Positions 47,891-57,430 of a DNA stretch of 64,000 nt are shown here, in pieces; position 1 is the stretch's first letter, and every line of letters begins with the position of its first letter. The notes beneath the pieces are model-generated. The model was not told the DNA's origin. It searched no databases and worked only from the letters and a program-made list of their open reading frames with translations. Source of the stretch: an uncultured Candidatus Saccharibacteria bacterium (GTDB lineage Bacteria > Patescibacteriota > Minisyncoccia > Phycocordibacterales > JAKAEA01); the NCBI GenBank assembly GCA_964577595.1, contig CAZNZK010000002.1, positions 86,163 to 150,162 of the forward strand, given 5' to 3'. The translations under genes and the position numbers were made by a program.

Positions 47891-50053
47891 CTACAATGCT
47901 AAAGGTGCCGGTGGCGGAGTGGGTGGGGTGGTTGGCGGTTTTTTAATGAAATCAGGGTCGGCTTGTTTAATGGAAAGATTGATGCGTTTTTTCTCATCAA
48001 TCTCTTTAATTATAACAGGAACTTCTTGGCCTATCTGGAGGACTGTGGAAATTCTATCCACACGGAACGGGGCGATTTCGGAAACATGCACCATGCCCTC
48101 GGCGTTTGGGCCGATTTTTACGAAAGCGCCAAAATCCATGAGGCGGGTGACCGTGCCGGTGAAGCGCTCCCCTTTCTTATATTCCTTAGTGAGGCCGGCG
48201 ATAAAGTCGCGGGCCGCTTCGGCCCCGCCGGCTTTGCCGGTGATGAATACGGTGCCGTCGTCATCAATATCAATTTCTGCGCCAGTTTTTTCTTTGATGC
48301 TCTTAATCATTTTGCCGCTCGGACCAATAACCATGCCGATTTGGTCGGGAGAAATGGTGAGGGTAAGAATTTTCGGCGCTTTCGGGGAAATATCGGCGCG
48401 AGGGGTGGCAATAGCCTTGCCTAGTGTGTCTAAAATTTTCATGCGGGCGACCCCAGCCTTCTCAAGAGCCTCAGTCAAAATAGGAAGGGGTATGCCGCCA
48501 ACTTTCACATCCATTTGAATAGCAGTGATGCCAGTGCGAGTGCCAGCTACTTTAAAATCCATATCGCCGTGGTGGTCTTCGGGGCCTTGAATGTCGGTTA
48601 AAAGCGCATATTTCTTCGGCGACTCCATCATGAGGCCTGAGGCAATTCCAGCCACCGGCGCTGAGATAGGTACGCCACCGTCCATGAGAGCGAGTGTGCT
48701 TGCGCAAACGGAGGCCATAGAAGAAGAGCCATTAGAAGACATCGTCTCTGAAACAAGGCGGATTGTATAGGGGAATTTCTCTTTGGAAGGAATTATTGGT
48801 ACAAGGGCTTTTTCAGCCAGAGCGCCGTGGCCTATCATGCGGCGATTGGTGCCACCCAAGCGGCCAGTTTCGCCAGTAGAAAATGGTGGAAAGTTATAGT
48901 GGTGCATAAAGCGCTTTGGCTCATCGGCAGGTGAGCCGTCAACTATTTGCGCATCTTGCGGTCCGCCAAGGGTAAGCGCGGAAAACACATGTGTTTCGCC
49001 ACGGTAGAAAATACCGGTACCATGAAGCATTGGTGAAAATCCACCAGCCTGGGCAAAAAGCGGGCGCACATCATCAAGGCCGCGGCCATCGGCGCGCCGG
49101 CCATTTTCAATGGCTTCGCGATGAAGCAGAGCATTCACCGCTTCTTCAAACCACTCTTCGGCGAGGGCAACTTCATCGGCAAAATTTTCAGTACACATTT
49201 TTAACCACTCTTTTTTCATCATATCAACCGTTTCGTGGCCGGCTTTACCGGTGAAAACGGCTGCATCTAGCCGGGGTGCGTATTCTTTTTCAAAACGCTT
49301 CTGCGCGGCGGGAGAAAACTCTTTTTTCGGCACGCTCACTTTCTTTTTGCCGCGATCGGCAATAATTTTTTCCTGAAATTTCTGGAGTTTTTCAATTTCC
49401 ACGCTGGCCGCTTGCAAGGCGCTGGCCACTAATTCATTAGAAATTTCCTTGCTTCCCACTTCAATCATATTAATCATTCCATCTTTGCCGCAGGCCACCA
49501 TATCCATTTCAAAATCAATATGGTCGCGGTAGTTATAGCCAGGATTTATTTCAAATTTCGTTTCGCCATTGCCCGCGCCATTTTTTATTTTACCAATACG
49601 AATAGCGCTCACTGGGCCATTCCAGGGAATATCGGAAGTGCCCACGGCAAGCGAAGCGGCGATAACCGCCAAAACATCAGGATAATCCTCGTCTACGGAA
49701 AGCACGGTGACAATAACCTGCACTTCGCGGCGAATGTGTTGTTCAAAAAGCGGCCGAATCGTTCTATCGACAATTCGCCCGCTCAAAATAGACTCGTCCG
49801 ATGGCTTACCTTCACGGCGCACGAAGCGCGAGCCTAGGATTTTGCCCGAAGCATAAAACTTTTCCTCGTAATCAACGACGAGCGGGAAGAAATCAATCCC
49901 TTCCCTGTCCTTGTCGCTCATCACTGCAGTGGCGAGTACCACTGTGTTGCCATAGCGCACCATCACCGAACCGTTAGCTTGTAACGCCAAATCAGAGAAT
50001 TCGGCGGTCAAAGTTTTGCCGCCGATTTCAACAGAGTATTCTTTTTTATTCAT
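47891..50053 (-). CDS. pnp: Polynucleotide phosphorylase
   Basis: Two RNase PH domains plus KH plus S1. 720 aa. Confidence 0.95.
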   Translation of the reverse strand: MNKKEYSVEIGGKTLTAEFSDLALQANGSVMVRYGNTVVLATAVMSDKDREGIDFFPLVVDYEEKFYASGKILGSRFVRREGKPSDESILSGRIVDRTIRPLFEQHIRREVQVIVTVLSVDEDYPDVLAVIAASLAVGTSDIPWNGPVSAIRIGKIKNGAGNGETKFEINPGYNYRDHIDFEMDMVACGKDGMINMIEVGSKEISNELVASALQAASVEIEKLQKFQEKIIADRGKKKVSVPKKEFSPAAQKRFEKEYAPRLDAAVFTGKAGHETVDMMKKEWLKMCTENFADEVALAEEWFEEAVNALLHREAIENGRRADGRGLDDVRPLFAQAGGFSPMLHGTGIFYRGETHVFSALTLGGPQDAQIVDGSPADEPKRFMHHYNFPPFSTGETGRLGGTNRRMIGHGALAEKALVPIIPSKEKFPYTIRLVSETMSSNGSSSMASVCASTLALMDGGVPISAPVAGIASGLMMESPKKYALLTDIQGPEDHHGDMDFKVAGTRTGITAIQMDVKVGGIPLPILTEALEKAGVARMKILDTLGKAIATPRADISPKAPKILTLTISPDQIGMVIGPSGKMIKSIKEKTGAEIDIDDDGTVFITGKAGGAEAARDFIAGLTKEYKKGERFTGTVTRLMDFGAFVKIGPNAEGMVHVSEIAPFRVDRISTVLQIGQEVPVIIKEIDEKKRINLSIKQADPDFIKKPPTTPPTPPPAPLAL

Positions 50054-50065
50054 TCCCCTATCCTA

Positions 50066-50638
50066 TCAGACTTTCGGGGACTTTTCTTCTGCGGAGCGTG
50101 CAGGGCGGCGAGTGCGCGGTGCATAGGTTGCGTTTCCGAGCAGGTAGCGGCGGGGATTTTTAGAAAGGTCCAAGAACTCATCAACCGATTCTTTGAGGCG
50201 CTGTGAGGAAGATTGGCCGAAAGAGCAGGCCTCAACGCGGCAACCCTGATTCACTTTTAAATATTCAACAAGCGGCACAAAGTCGCCATCGCCGGAAACA
50301 ATCACCACAACGTCCAGTTTAGAAGAAAGCTTGATAGCATCAACGGCAAGGCCAACGTCCCAGTCGGCTTTTTTGGCGCCGCCGGCAAAAATCTGCAAAT
50401 CCTTAGTGCGAACCTCAATACCCATTTTCTCAAGGGCTTCAAAAAAGTTCTTTTCATCCCCTGCTTCCGTGGTAATAACGTAAGCCATGGCCCGCATAAG
50501 CTTGCGGCCAGCCAAAATATCCTTGACCACTTGGCCGAAGTTGACGCGCGCTCCATATAAATTACGGGCGCTATGATAGAGATTCTGCGTGTCTATGAAA
50601 ATTCCGACACGCTGTTCTTTGTGCTTCACAACGAGCAT
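50066..50638 (-). CDS. NYN-domain (LabA-like) protein
   Basis: VGIFIDTQNLYHS and VIVSGDGDF motifs. Confidence 0.7.
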   Translation of the reverse strand: MLVVKHKEQRVGIFIDTQNLYHSARNLYGARVNFGQVVKDILAGRKLMRAMAYVITTEAGDEKNFFEALEKMGIEVRTKDLQIFAGGAKKADWDVGLAVDAIKLSSKLDVVVIVSGDGDFVPLVEYLKVNQGCRVEACSFGQSSSQRLKESVDEFLDLSKNPRRYLLGNATYAPRTRRPARSAEEKSPKV

Positions 50639-50644
50639 TATATA

Positions 50645-50914
50645 TTATTTTTTCTTCAAATTCAGCTTTTTAGCCAATGAGCTATAGCGACGAGGGCTTT
50701 TTTTGTGCAAATATTTCATATGGCTCTGGCGATCGGCAACCATCTGTAAAAGGCCGCGGCGGGAGTGTTTATCCTTAGCGTGTTTCTTTAAATGTGAAGC
50801 CAATTCCTCAATACGGCGAGTTAAAAGGGCGATTTGGACTTCCGGCGAACCAGTGTCCGTCTCGTGAACGGCCATTACCTTGATGACATTGGCTTTTTTC
50901 GTCTTGGTTAACAT
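50645..50914 (-). CDS. rpsO: 30S ribosomal protein S15
   Basis: MLTKTKKANVIK...HETDTGSPEVQIALLTRRI...HSRRGLL. Start trimmed to the MLTK Met. Confidence 0.9.
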   Translation of the reverse strand: MLTKTKKANVIKVMAVHETDTGSPEVQIALLTRRIEELASHLKKHAKDKHSRRGLLQMVADRQSHMKYLHKKSPRRYSSLAKKLNLKKK

Positions 50915-51027
50915 GGGGGCAATAATAGCATGGATAGACCTTTTTTGCAAGACGGGGTACCACTTTTAAGCCAAACGAAAACCCCACGAAAATCAATGGG
51001 ATTTCCGTGGGGCGTTGTATACCCTGG

Positions 51028-51441
51028 TCATTTTTTACTGAGAATACGGACATCAAAGGTTCCGTCCGAGAGTTTGTGGTAATTGTGTATAAACGTGGGT
51101 AGTTGTCTCAAGCTATACGGTACTACTAGGCTCCATCTACCGTTGTAGCAGATTCCCTCAATGCGGAACTTAGGATTGCAATAACGCTTCCTCCTGCTTT
51201 TAGTAGATATGGAAATGTCGATAAAACAGCTTAACTCGGGGAGGAAACGGAACTCAATCTCATCGACACTTTCTTCAATCACTACTGGTCGCAGGATGAA
51301 AGTGTTCCACCCTTTTTCTTCCCCATCGTCATAGGTCAGAAGGTGGACGGCAAAAACGGCATCCAGTGCATTTTGCACACTCAGGCCGAGCTCGCCTAGT
51401 AACGATTTGGTCGTTTTTAGACTCTTATTGAGTTCAGACAT
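51028..51441 (-). CDS. Hypothetical protein
   Basis: 137-aa ORF with no recognisable family. Confidence 0.35.
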   Translation of the reverse strand: MSELNKSLKTTKSLLGELGLSVQNALDAVFAVHLLTYDDGEEKGWNTFILRPVVIEESVDEIEFRFLPELSCFIDISISTKSRRKRYCNPKFRIEGICYNGRWSLVVPYSLRQLPTFIHNYHKLSDGTFDVRILSKK

Positions 51442-51593
51442 TTTATCCTCCTAAATTTGGAAGGTTTTCATGTTGAGGCGAGCACACTGCTCCCCTGTAT
51501 TCTATTTACATTTTAGCACGAAAAAACTAGTTATGTCAAGAACATGTAGTGGCTCAATAGCTTGAAAAACTGCTACGGGATATACTTGCCATA

Positions 51594-52526
51594 ATGACCA
51601 TTTCTGAATTACAGCGGCAGTTCCTGGAATATGTGGAAATTGAGCGGGGGCGGAGCTTAAAAACGGTGGCTAATTATGAGCACTATATAGCGCGCTTTTT
51701 GGAGCAAACGAAGGTAAAGCGGCCGGAAGATATTACCGATGAAGTGATGCGCCAATTTCGGCTATGGCTCAATAGGCAGAGTGCTGGCAAGCGGGCCACG
51801 CGCGGGCAGGAAACGCTTAAGAAAAAAACTCAAAATTACTATTTGATTGCGGTGCGGGCGTTTTTGAAGTATTTGGCGAGGCGGGGCATAAAATCGCTGG
51901 CGCCGGAGCGTATTGAGTTAGCAAAAGTGCCGGAGCGCTCCATTGATCTTATTTCTACAGCTGAGCTCAATCGCCTCCTAGCAGCCCCAAAGGATACTGA
52001 TTTAAAAAGCTTGCGCGATAAGGCCATGCTGGAAATGCTTTTTTCCACGGGCTTGCGCGTTTCCGAGCTGTGTTCTCTACCAGCCGACCTAGACCTTTCT
52101 AAGGATGAATTTTCCGTGCGCGGCAAGGGTGAAAAGGTGCGGGTTGTTTTTCTTTCGGAATCCGCTCGGCAGGCGGTGAAAGCCTATTTGGCCAAGCGCG
52201 ACGATATGGACGACGCTCTCTTCATTCATTACGGCAAGCAGGCGGCCATGCTTGCTAATAAGGATCAGTCGCTCCGGCTCACGCCGCGCTCGGTGCAACG
52301 TATTGTTAAGTTTTATGCTATTAAGGCGGGCATCACTCGCAACGTAACTCCACACGTGGTGCGTCACAGTTTTGCCACTGACTTGCTGGAGAACGGCGCC
52401 GACTTGCGCTCGGTGCAGGCGCTTTTGGGGCATGCTAATATTTCCACAACGCAAGTGTATACGCACGTCACCGACAAGCACTTAAAAGAGATTCACCAAA
52501 AATTTCACGGCAAGATGCGAAAATAA
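51594..52526 (+). CDS. xerD: Tyrosine recombinase XerC/XerD family
   Basis: R...HxxR...Y catalytic pattern (LRVSEL, HVVRHSFAT, LLGHANISTTQVYTHV). Confidence 0.9.
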   Translation: MTISELQRQFLEYVEIERGRSLKTVANYEHYIARFLEQTKVKRPEDITDEVMRQFRLWLNRQSAGKRATRGQETLKKKTQNYYLIAVRAFLKYLARRGIKSLAPERIELAKVPERSIDLISTAELNRLLAAPKDTDLKSLRDKAMLEMLFSTGLRVSELCSLPADLDLSKDEFSVRGKGEKVRVVFLSESARQAVKAYLAKRDDMDDALFIHYGKQAAMLANKDQSLRLTPRSVQRIVKFYAIKAGITRNVTPHVVRHSFATDLLENGADLRSVQALLGHANISTTQVYTHVTDKHLKEIHQKFHGKMRK

Positions 52527-53309
52527 TTGCAAAAATATATGAAATTAATTTCCTGGAATGTAAATGGTTTGCGCGCCCTGCATCGCAAGGGTAATTTGGG
52601 ATGGCTTTTTGAACAGAAGGCCGATTTTCTGTGCTTGCAGGAAGTGAAAGCGGAACCGGATCAGTTGCCGGATGAAGCTAAGACGCCGGCCGGCTTCTAT
52701 CCTTATTTTGATTTCTCCAAGGGCCGCAAGGGTTATAGTGGTGTGGCTATTTACGCTAAAGAACAGCCTATGAAGGTGGCATATGGCATGGGTATTGCCG
52801 AATTGGATAGTGAAGGGCGTTTCATTGCTCTTTTTTATAAAGATTTTGTAGTGCTGAATATTTATTTTCCTAATGGCGGTGGTGGGCCGGAGCGATTGGC
52901 TTTCAAGCTACGTTTTTATGATGCGTTTTTGGTATACATTGAGAAAATTCGTAAGAGCGGCAAAAAAGTTATTTTCTGTGGCGACATTAATACGGCGCAC
53001 GAAGCGATTGACTTGGCTCGGCCGAAAGAAAACGAGGAGAATACGGGCTTTTTGCCCGAAGAGCGGGCATGGCTTGATGAGGTTGTGGCTGCCGGATATG
53101 TGGACACATTTCGCCACTTCTACCCTACTAAAACTGGTGCTTATACCTACTGGGACATGAAAACCGCCGCTCGCGAGCGTAATGTGGGTTGGCGCATTGA
53201 CTACTTTTTTGTTTCTAATGATGTGGTGCCAAAATTAAAATCGGTGAAAATCCATAGTGAGGTGCTTGGTTCCGATCACTGCCCTCTTGAAATAGTTGTG
53301 AGTTTGTAA
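52527..53309 (+). CDS. xth: Exodeoxyribonuclease III
   Basis: MKLISWNVNGLRA, LQEVK and GDINTAH, plus the C-terminal SDHCP motif. Confidence 0.9.
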   Translation: MQKYMKLISWNVNGLRALHRKGNLGWLFEQKADFLCLQEVKAEPDQLPDEAKTPAGFYPYFDFSKGRKGYSGVAIYAKEQPMKVAYGMGIAELDSEGRFIALFYKDFVVLNIYFPNGGGGPERLAFKLRFYDAFLVYIEKIRKSGKKVIFCGDINTAHEAIDLARPKENEENTGFLPEERAWLDEVVAAGYVDTFRHFYPTKTGAYTYWDMKTAARERNVGWRIDYFFVSNDVVPKLKSVKIHSEVLGSDHCPLEIVVSL

Positions 53310-53339
53310 GCCTATAAAATAGGACGTATCATAGAGAGT

Positions 53340-54110
53340 ATGAAAAAAATACTCATTTTCTTGGTTGTGGTTATAGCGGCCGCTATTGGTTTTGTCGCTG
53401 GTAAGTCTTATTTTTCGGGGCAATCGACGGCACTTGTGGCGGGCGGCCAGGCTATTCCGGCCGGAGCCGCCACTACACCAGTAAGTGTTGTATCGCTCTT
53501 TGAGCCGGGCGCGAGCTCTTCGCCTATGGTGTCGGTGGAATATCCGCAGTTTTCAGGCGCTAATTCAGCCTTCAATCAAGCCATTTCTTCGTCAACGCTG
53601 GGTACTTTGGCTGATTTTCGCCAATCATCCAGTGATAATCAAGCCTTATCACAATCCAACGGTGCGCCGATTATTCCCCTCTCAAGCTATACATTCAATG
53701 CTTCTTGGCAGAATGCTCAGGTGAATAGCCGGTATATCAGTTTTGTTGAGCGCTATTCATATTGGAATGGAGGTGCTAGCGAAATTAATGATTTGCAAAC
53801 ATTTAATTATGATGTCGGCTCCGGCAAAATTATGACGCTGGCGGATCTCTTTCCGAATTTTCCTGATTACCTTAAGCGCATTGCTCGCACAGCCAAGCAG
53901 CAGCTTTCGGAAAATCTGAATGCTGGCAGTTCTGGTGACGCATTTCTCACTGAAATGATTAACGAAGGCACCCAACCCACTGTTGATAATTTTCAATTAT
54001 TCACGTTCACCGACTTCTCGGTGACACTCTATTTTCCGCAATGTTCAGTGGCCGCCTGCTCTTACGGCGAGCAAAAAGTGACTCTACCGCGTGATATTTC
54101 CAGTTTGTAA
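53340..54110 (+). CDS. Hypothetical membrane-anchored protein (DUF3298/DUF4163-like)
   Basis: N-terminal TM anchor. The extracytoplasmic domain resembles the RsiV C-terminal fold by pattern only. Confidence 0.4.
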   Translation: MKKILIFLVVVIAAAIGFVAGKSYFSGQSTALVAGGQAIPAGAATTPVSVVSLFEPGASSSPMVSVEYPQFSGANSAFNQAISSSTLGTLADFRQSSSDNQALSQSNGAPIIPLSSYTFNASWQNAQVNSRYISFVERYSYWNGGASEINDLQTFNYDVGSGKIMTLADLFPNFPDYLKRIARTAKQQLSENLNAGSSGDAFLTEMINEGTQPTVDNFQLFTFTDFSVTLYFPQCSVAACSYGEQKVTLPRDISSL

Positions 54111-54127
54111 TCCCAGGTTATCCTTTT

Positions 54128-54157
54128 TTGTCCACAGAGCTCAGAGTTGTCCACAGA
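54128..54157. repeat. Two 11-bp direct repeats TTGTCCACAGA (reverse complement resembles a DnaA box)
   Basis: Copies at 54128-54138 and 54147-54157. Reverse complement tctgtggacaa versus the TGTGGATAA consensus. Confidence 0.3.
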
Positions 54158-54384
54158 TTGCTGTTGTGTTTTGTTGCCCGTGCGCTATACTCTTAATCAG
54201 AGGAATGAAAGCAAGCGATGTGTTGAGAATTTAATGACTACGTTGGTTCGCCAATTACGTCATTTCTTCTTCCATCATAAATGCACCAAATCTTCATTCT
54301 TTAGCACATTAAGGTAAGTGCAGTTCAGTAAATATCTTCCCAAGACCTCCGCGTCGGATAGTTCTTTCGGGAAGACACAAACAT

Positions 54385-54421
54385 GAAGGCGTCCATCTCC
54401 GGGACGCCTTCTTTTTTGTTT
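54385..54421 (+). terminator. Rho-independent terminator (plus-strand orientation)
   Basis: 10-bp GC-rich stem gaaggcgtcc/ggacgccttc with a 7-nt loop, followed by ttttttgttt. Confidence 0.55.
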
Positions 54422-54451
54422 GGTTTTCCTCTTTCTTTTTTTTTCGACTAA

Positions 54452-55915
54452 CTATTTTACGAAATGTTTTTTGCGGAGTTCCTCAACTTCTTTTTGTTCT
54501 TCAGTATTGGCTTTTGCACGGGCTTTTTTATCAAGTTCAACGAGGGCTTTTTCGCTTAATGTGGCTAATTCTATAGCTTTTTTGTCTAAGTAGTCTTCGG
54601 TATTCAGGGCGGGATTTTCCAGAACTTCTTCAAGAAGAATGCGAAGAATAAAACCAAGCTTGGGCCCGGGTTTTTCATTGGTGACCTTCATGATACGTGC
54701 GCCGTCAGTTTTGAGCATGCCAACGGAAATAGGGTCGCGCATAACCTCTTCTATCATGGCGTGATATTTGCGCAGACGGTATGGATTTTCTTTTGGTCGG
54801 CCGGTGCCGATGCGGTCAGCGGCACGGATGTCCATTAATTGCCAAATATTTTCTTTGCCGACGTTGGTGAGTAAGCGACGCACGGCGGAGGGTGTGACCA
54901 ATTCCGTGTCAGAAAAAAACATATGCCAACGCACAAGTTTTGTTACCAGGTCAACAGTTTTTTTAGGAAATTTTAAGTCACTCAGGATTTTTTTCGTCAT
55001 GCGGGCACCCACAACTTCATGGCCGTAGAAGGTCCATTTTTCAACGCCCTGCTTACGAGTAGGCGGTTTGCCTATATCGTGGAAGAGGGCGGCTAGGCGA
55101 ACTTCTAGTGGCCAGCCACGATCAGCAGTGTGTTGCAGGGCACGCAGAATATGTTCCAGCACATCATAGATATGTGTGCCGCCCTGTTCCATACCAGCGC
55201 CAACTTCTATTTCGGGTGCGATAAATTTCAAGATGCCAAGCTTGCGCGCAATCTCTAATCCCCTCTTTGGATTATCCGACATGAGGATTTTTGTAAATTC
55301 ATCACGAATACGCTCCTTGGAAATATTTTTGAGTAGTTCTGAATTGGCAAAAATCGCTTTTTCAGTTTTTTCTTCTATGTTGAAATTTAGTTCAGCGCAA
55401 AAACGAACGGCTCGGAGCATGCGCAAGGCGTCTTCCTGAAAACGATCTTCCGGCTTTCCCACTGCCCGAATAGTAGTGTCCTTTATATCTTGCTGTCCTT
55501 TATATGGGTCATGTAACTTACCACGAATATCAAGGGCAATAGCGTTAACCGTGAAATCACGTCTTTGTAGGTCCTCATCAAGGGTTTGGGCGAATTTAAC
55601 GCTTTCTGGGTGACGATTGTCGGTATAATCCCCCTCTATCCTATAGGGCGTAACTTCAACGGTTTTAAGTGTTTCATCAGAAACATCGTCGGTCACAATA
55701 GCTACAGTTCCATAGCTGTTTTCATAAAAAGTGTGTGGAAAGAGTTTTTGGATCTGTTCAGGGTTGGCATTAGTGGTAATATCCCAATCTTTCGGCAGGC
55801 GCTGGTACAAAAGATCACGAACACAGCCACCAACCAAATATGCTTCAAACCCTGCTTTTTCCAGGGTTTCCGCTATATCTTTAACAAGATGAGGTATTTT
55901 CTGGGAAATTGACAT
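54452..55915 (-). CDS. cca: CCA tRNA nucleotidyltransferase with HD domain
   Basis: GGCVRDLL...DWDI nucleotidyltransferase head and HDIGK HD motif. Start trimmed to the internal Met so it no longer overlaps the tRNA-Arg gene. Confidence 0.85.
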   Translation of the reverse strand: MSISQKIPHLVKDIAETLEKAGFEAYLVGGCVRDLLYQRLPKDWDITTNANPEQIQKLFPHTFYENSYGTVAIVTDDVSDETLKTVEVTPYRIEGDYTDNRHPESVKFAQTLDEDLQRRDFTVNAIALDIRGKLHDPYKGQQDIKDTTIRAVGKPEDRFQEDALRMLRAVRFCAELNFNIEEKTEKAIFANSELLKNISKERIRDEFTKILMSDNPKRGLEIARKLGILKFIAPEIEVGAGMEQGGTHIYDVLEHILRALQHTADRGWPLEVRLAALFHDIGKPPTRKQGVEKWTFYGHEVVGARMTKKILSDLKFPKKTVDLVTKLVRWHMFFSDTELVTPSAVRRLLTNVGKENIWQLMDIRAADRIGTGRPKENPYRLRKYHAMIEEVMRDPISVGMLKTDGARIMKVTNEKPGPKLGFILRILLEEVLENPALNTEDYLDKKAIELATLSEKALVELDKKARAKANTEEQKEVEELRKKHFVK

Positions 55916-55981
55916 AAGTACTCCCCTATTGTGCCTCACTTTTTGCTTTTTATCCAGCAACAGCGTACTATTTTGAGGAAT

Positions 55982-56057
55982 GCGCCCGTAGCTCAACGGA
56001 TAGAGCACTTGGCTTCGAACCAAGGGGTTGTGGGTTCAAATCCTGCCGGGCGCACCA
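55982..56057 (+). tRNA. tRNA-Arg (anticodon TCG), CCA encoded
   Basis: Acceptor gcgcccg/cgggcgc, anticodon loop cttcgaa, T-loop ttcaaat. Confidence 0.85.
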
Positions 56058-56198
56058 CGGGGTACCACTCTGGAATGGTTTAATCCACTCCGTTACTGTC
56101 ATTATTGTTGCTATGTAAATTTGGAGAAAATAAAGTTTTGCTCTATACTACTGTTTGTTCAATTGTTGTTGGAAAAAGTGTACCTTTTCGGTAAATTA

Positions 56199-56272
56199 GC
56201 GGGCATGGTTTAGTGGTAGAACGCGTCCTTGCCAAGGACGAGACGGGAGTTCGATTCTCCCTGCCCGCACCA
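56199..56272 (+). tRNA. tRNA-Gly (anticodon GCC), CCA encoded
   Basis: Acceptor gcgggca/tgcccgc, anticodon stem-loop cgtcc-ttgccaa-ggacg. Confidence 0.9.
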
Positions 56273-56429
56273 CCGTTTCCTCTGTCTCTTAGGTTTTACT
56301 CAAAATATAAGCAAGTAACCGGCCGTTTTGATGCAGATGTGGGGATAAGTCGGGGGATATGTGTATAAAAGACAGTAAAAGTCACATGAAAGCCGTCTTT
56401 TATGGCTAACTACTGTCTAAATAGTTTCA

Positions 56430-56443
56430 CGTGCTACTATGTT
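56430..56443 (+). promoter_or_regulatory. Extended -10 promoter-like element (TGcTACTAT) upstream of yraN; repeated upstream of tRNA-Pro
   Basis: The 14-mer cgtgctactatgtt is identical at 56430-56443 and 56925-56938. Each copy lies 10-25 nt upstream of a gene start. Confidence 0.4.
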
Positions 56444-56467
56444 ATTTATGTAACCAATTTATAGGCC

Positions 56468-56860
56468 ATGAGAACAGAAAAGAGGAAAATTGGGGATCTC
56501 GGTGAAGCTCTTGCTCGTAGGTTCCTCGTGAAAAATGGCTTTAGTGTGTTACAAAGGAACTTTCTACGGCCATGCGGTGAAATAGACATAGTTGCCGCCA
56601 AGGAAGGTACTATCTATTTTGTTGAAGTTAAAACCGTTACATATAGAACATTTTCGGCAAATAAAGGGTGGGGAAGTCATAATCCTGAAGAAAACGTGGG
56701 TAGTTTGAAGCTTGGCCGGATGCGAAGGGTTGTAGCTGTGTATCTCAGAGAGAAAAGGGTCAAAAAAGACTTCAAATTCATGGTTATTTCCGTATCTGTG
56801 GAAAACTTACCGAACGGAAATATACGGCCAAGATACAGTGTCCTTTATGATGTCCTTTAG
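56468..56860 (+). CDS. yraN: YraN-family (UPF0102) endonuclease
   Basis: GEALARRFLVKNGFSVLQRNFLRPCGEIDIVA...FVEVK pattern. Confidence 0.8.
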   Translation: MRTEKRKIGDLGEALARRFLVKNGFSVLQRNFLRPCGEIDIVAAKEGTIYFVEVKTVTYRTFSANKGWGSHNPEENVGSLKLGRMRRVVAVYLREKRVKKDFKFMVISVSVENLPNGNIRPRYSVLYDVL

Positions 56861-56924
56861 CATAAAGCCTGTGTCTTTTAGTGTCCTTTTGTTGTCCTAA
56901 AAGAAATAGGAGAAAATATTTATT

Positions 56925-56938
56925 CGTGCTACTATGTT
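56925..56938 (+). promoter_or_regulatory. Second copy of the extended -10 promoter-like 14-mer, upstream of tRNA-Pro
   Basis: cgtgctactatgtt, about 12 nt upstream of the tRNA-Pro 5' end. Confidence 0.4.
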
Positions 56939-56949
56939 GCTTCAATCAG

Positions 56950-57021
56950 CGGAGTGTGGTGTAACGGTAACATGCCTGTTTTGGGAACAGGTGACTCCGG
57001 GTTCGAATCCCGGCACTCCGA
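56950..57021 (+). tRNA. tRNA-Pro (anticodon TGG)
   Basis: Acceptor cggagtg/cactccg, anticodon stem-loop cctgt-tttggga-acagg, T-arm ccggg-ttcgaat-cccgg. Confidence 0.85.
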
Positions 57022-57061
57022 CCTTTTAATCCAGCACCACTTTCACTAATGTCGTCTAAAA

Positions 57062-57385
57062 ATGAGTTCCACTTTTACTAAAACCGTAGAAGACTTTGTG
57101 TGTGAACACTGCGGCACTGCTGTTAAGGGCGATGGCTTTACAAATCATTGCCCTGTTTGTTTGTGGTCTAAACACGTAGACATTTACCCTGGTGATCGTA
57201 AAAACTCGTGTGGGGGCATTATGGAGCCCGTAGAGATGGTACTTAAGGCAGGGAAGTATGACATTTTCCACGTCTGTCTCGTTTGTGGTTCTAAGCGTCT
57301 CAATAAAACCTCAAAAGCCGATGATTTTTCAGCCATCCTTGCAGTTTCCTCGGGCGCAAGTCAACGTCGTTCGCATCGCCGGTAA
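57062..57385 (+). CDS. RNHCP-domain zinc-finger protein
   Basis: CEHCG...TNHCPVCLWSKH...CLVCGSK. The RNHCP signature is present verbatim. Confidence 0.7.
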   Translation: MSSTFTKTVEDFVCEHCGTAVKGDGFTNHCPVCLWSKHVDIYPGDRKNSCGGIMEPVEMVLKAGKYDIFHVCLVCGSKRLNKTSKADDFSAILAVSSGASQRRSHRR

Positions 57386-57430
57386 GTTAAAAGTTGAACA
57401 ATAGAATAGTTTTTGCTATGATGGCTATTT

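Noticed and set aside
54452-56023. Full 523-aa ORF as the cca gene
   Set aside because: The first 36 codons overlap the plus-strand tRNA-Arg(TCG) gene (55982-56057) and lack homology. The conserved nucleotidyltransferase N-terminus begins at the internal Met (55915).
56028-56213. 61-aa plus-strand ORF between the tRNA-Arg and tRNA-Gly genes
   Set aside because: It starts inside tRNA-Arg and ends inside tRNA-Gly. Intergenic spacer.
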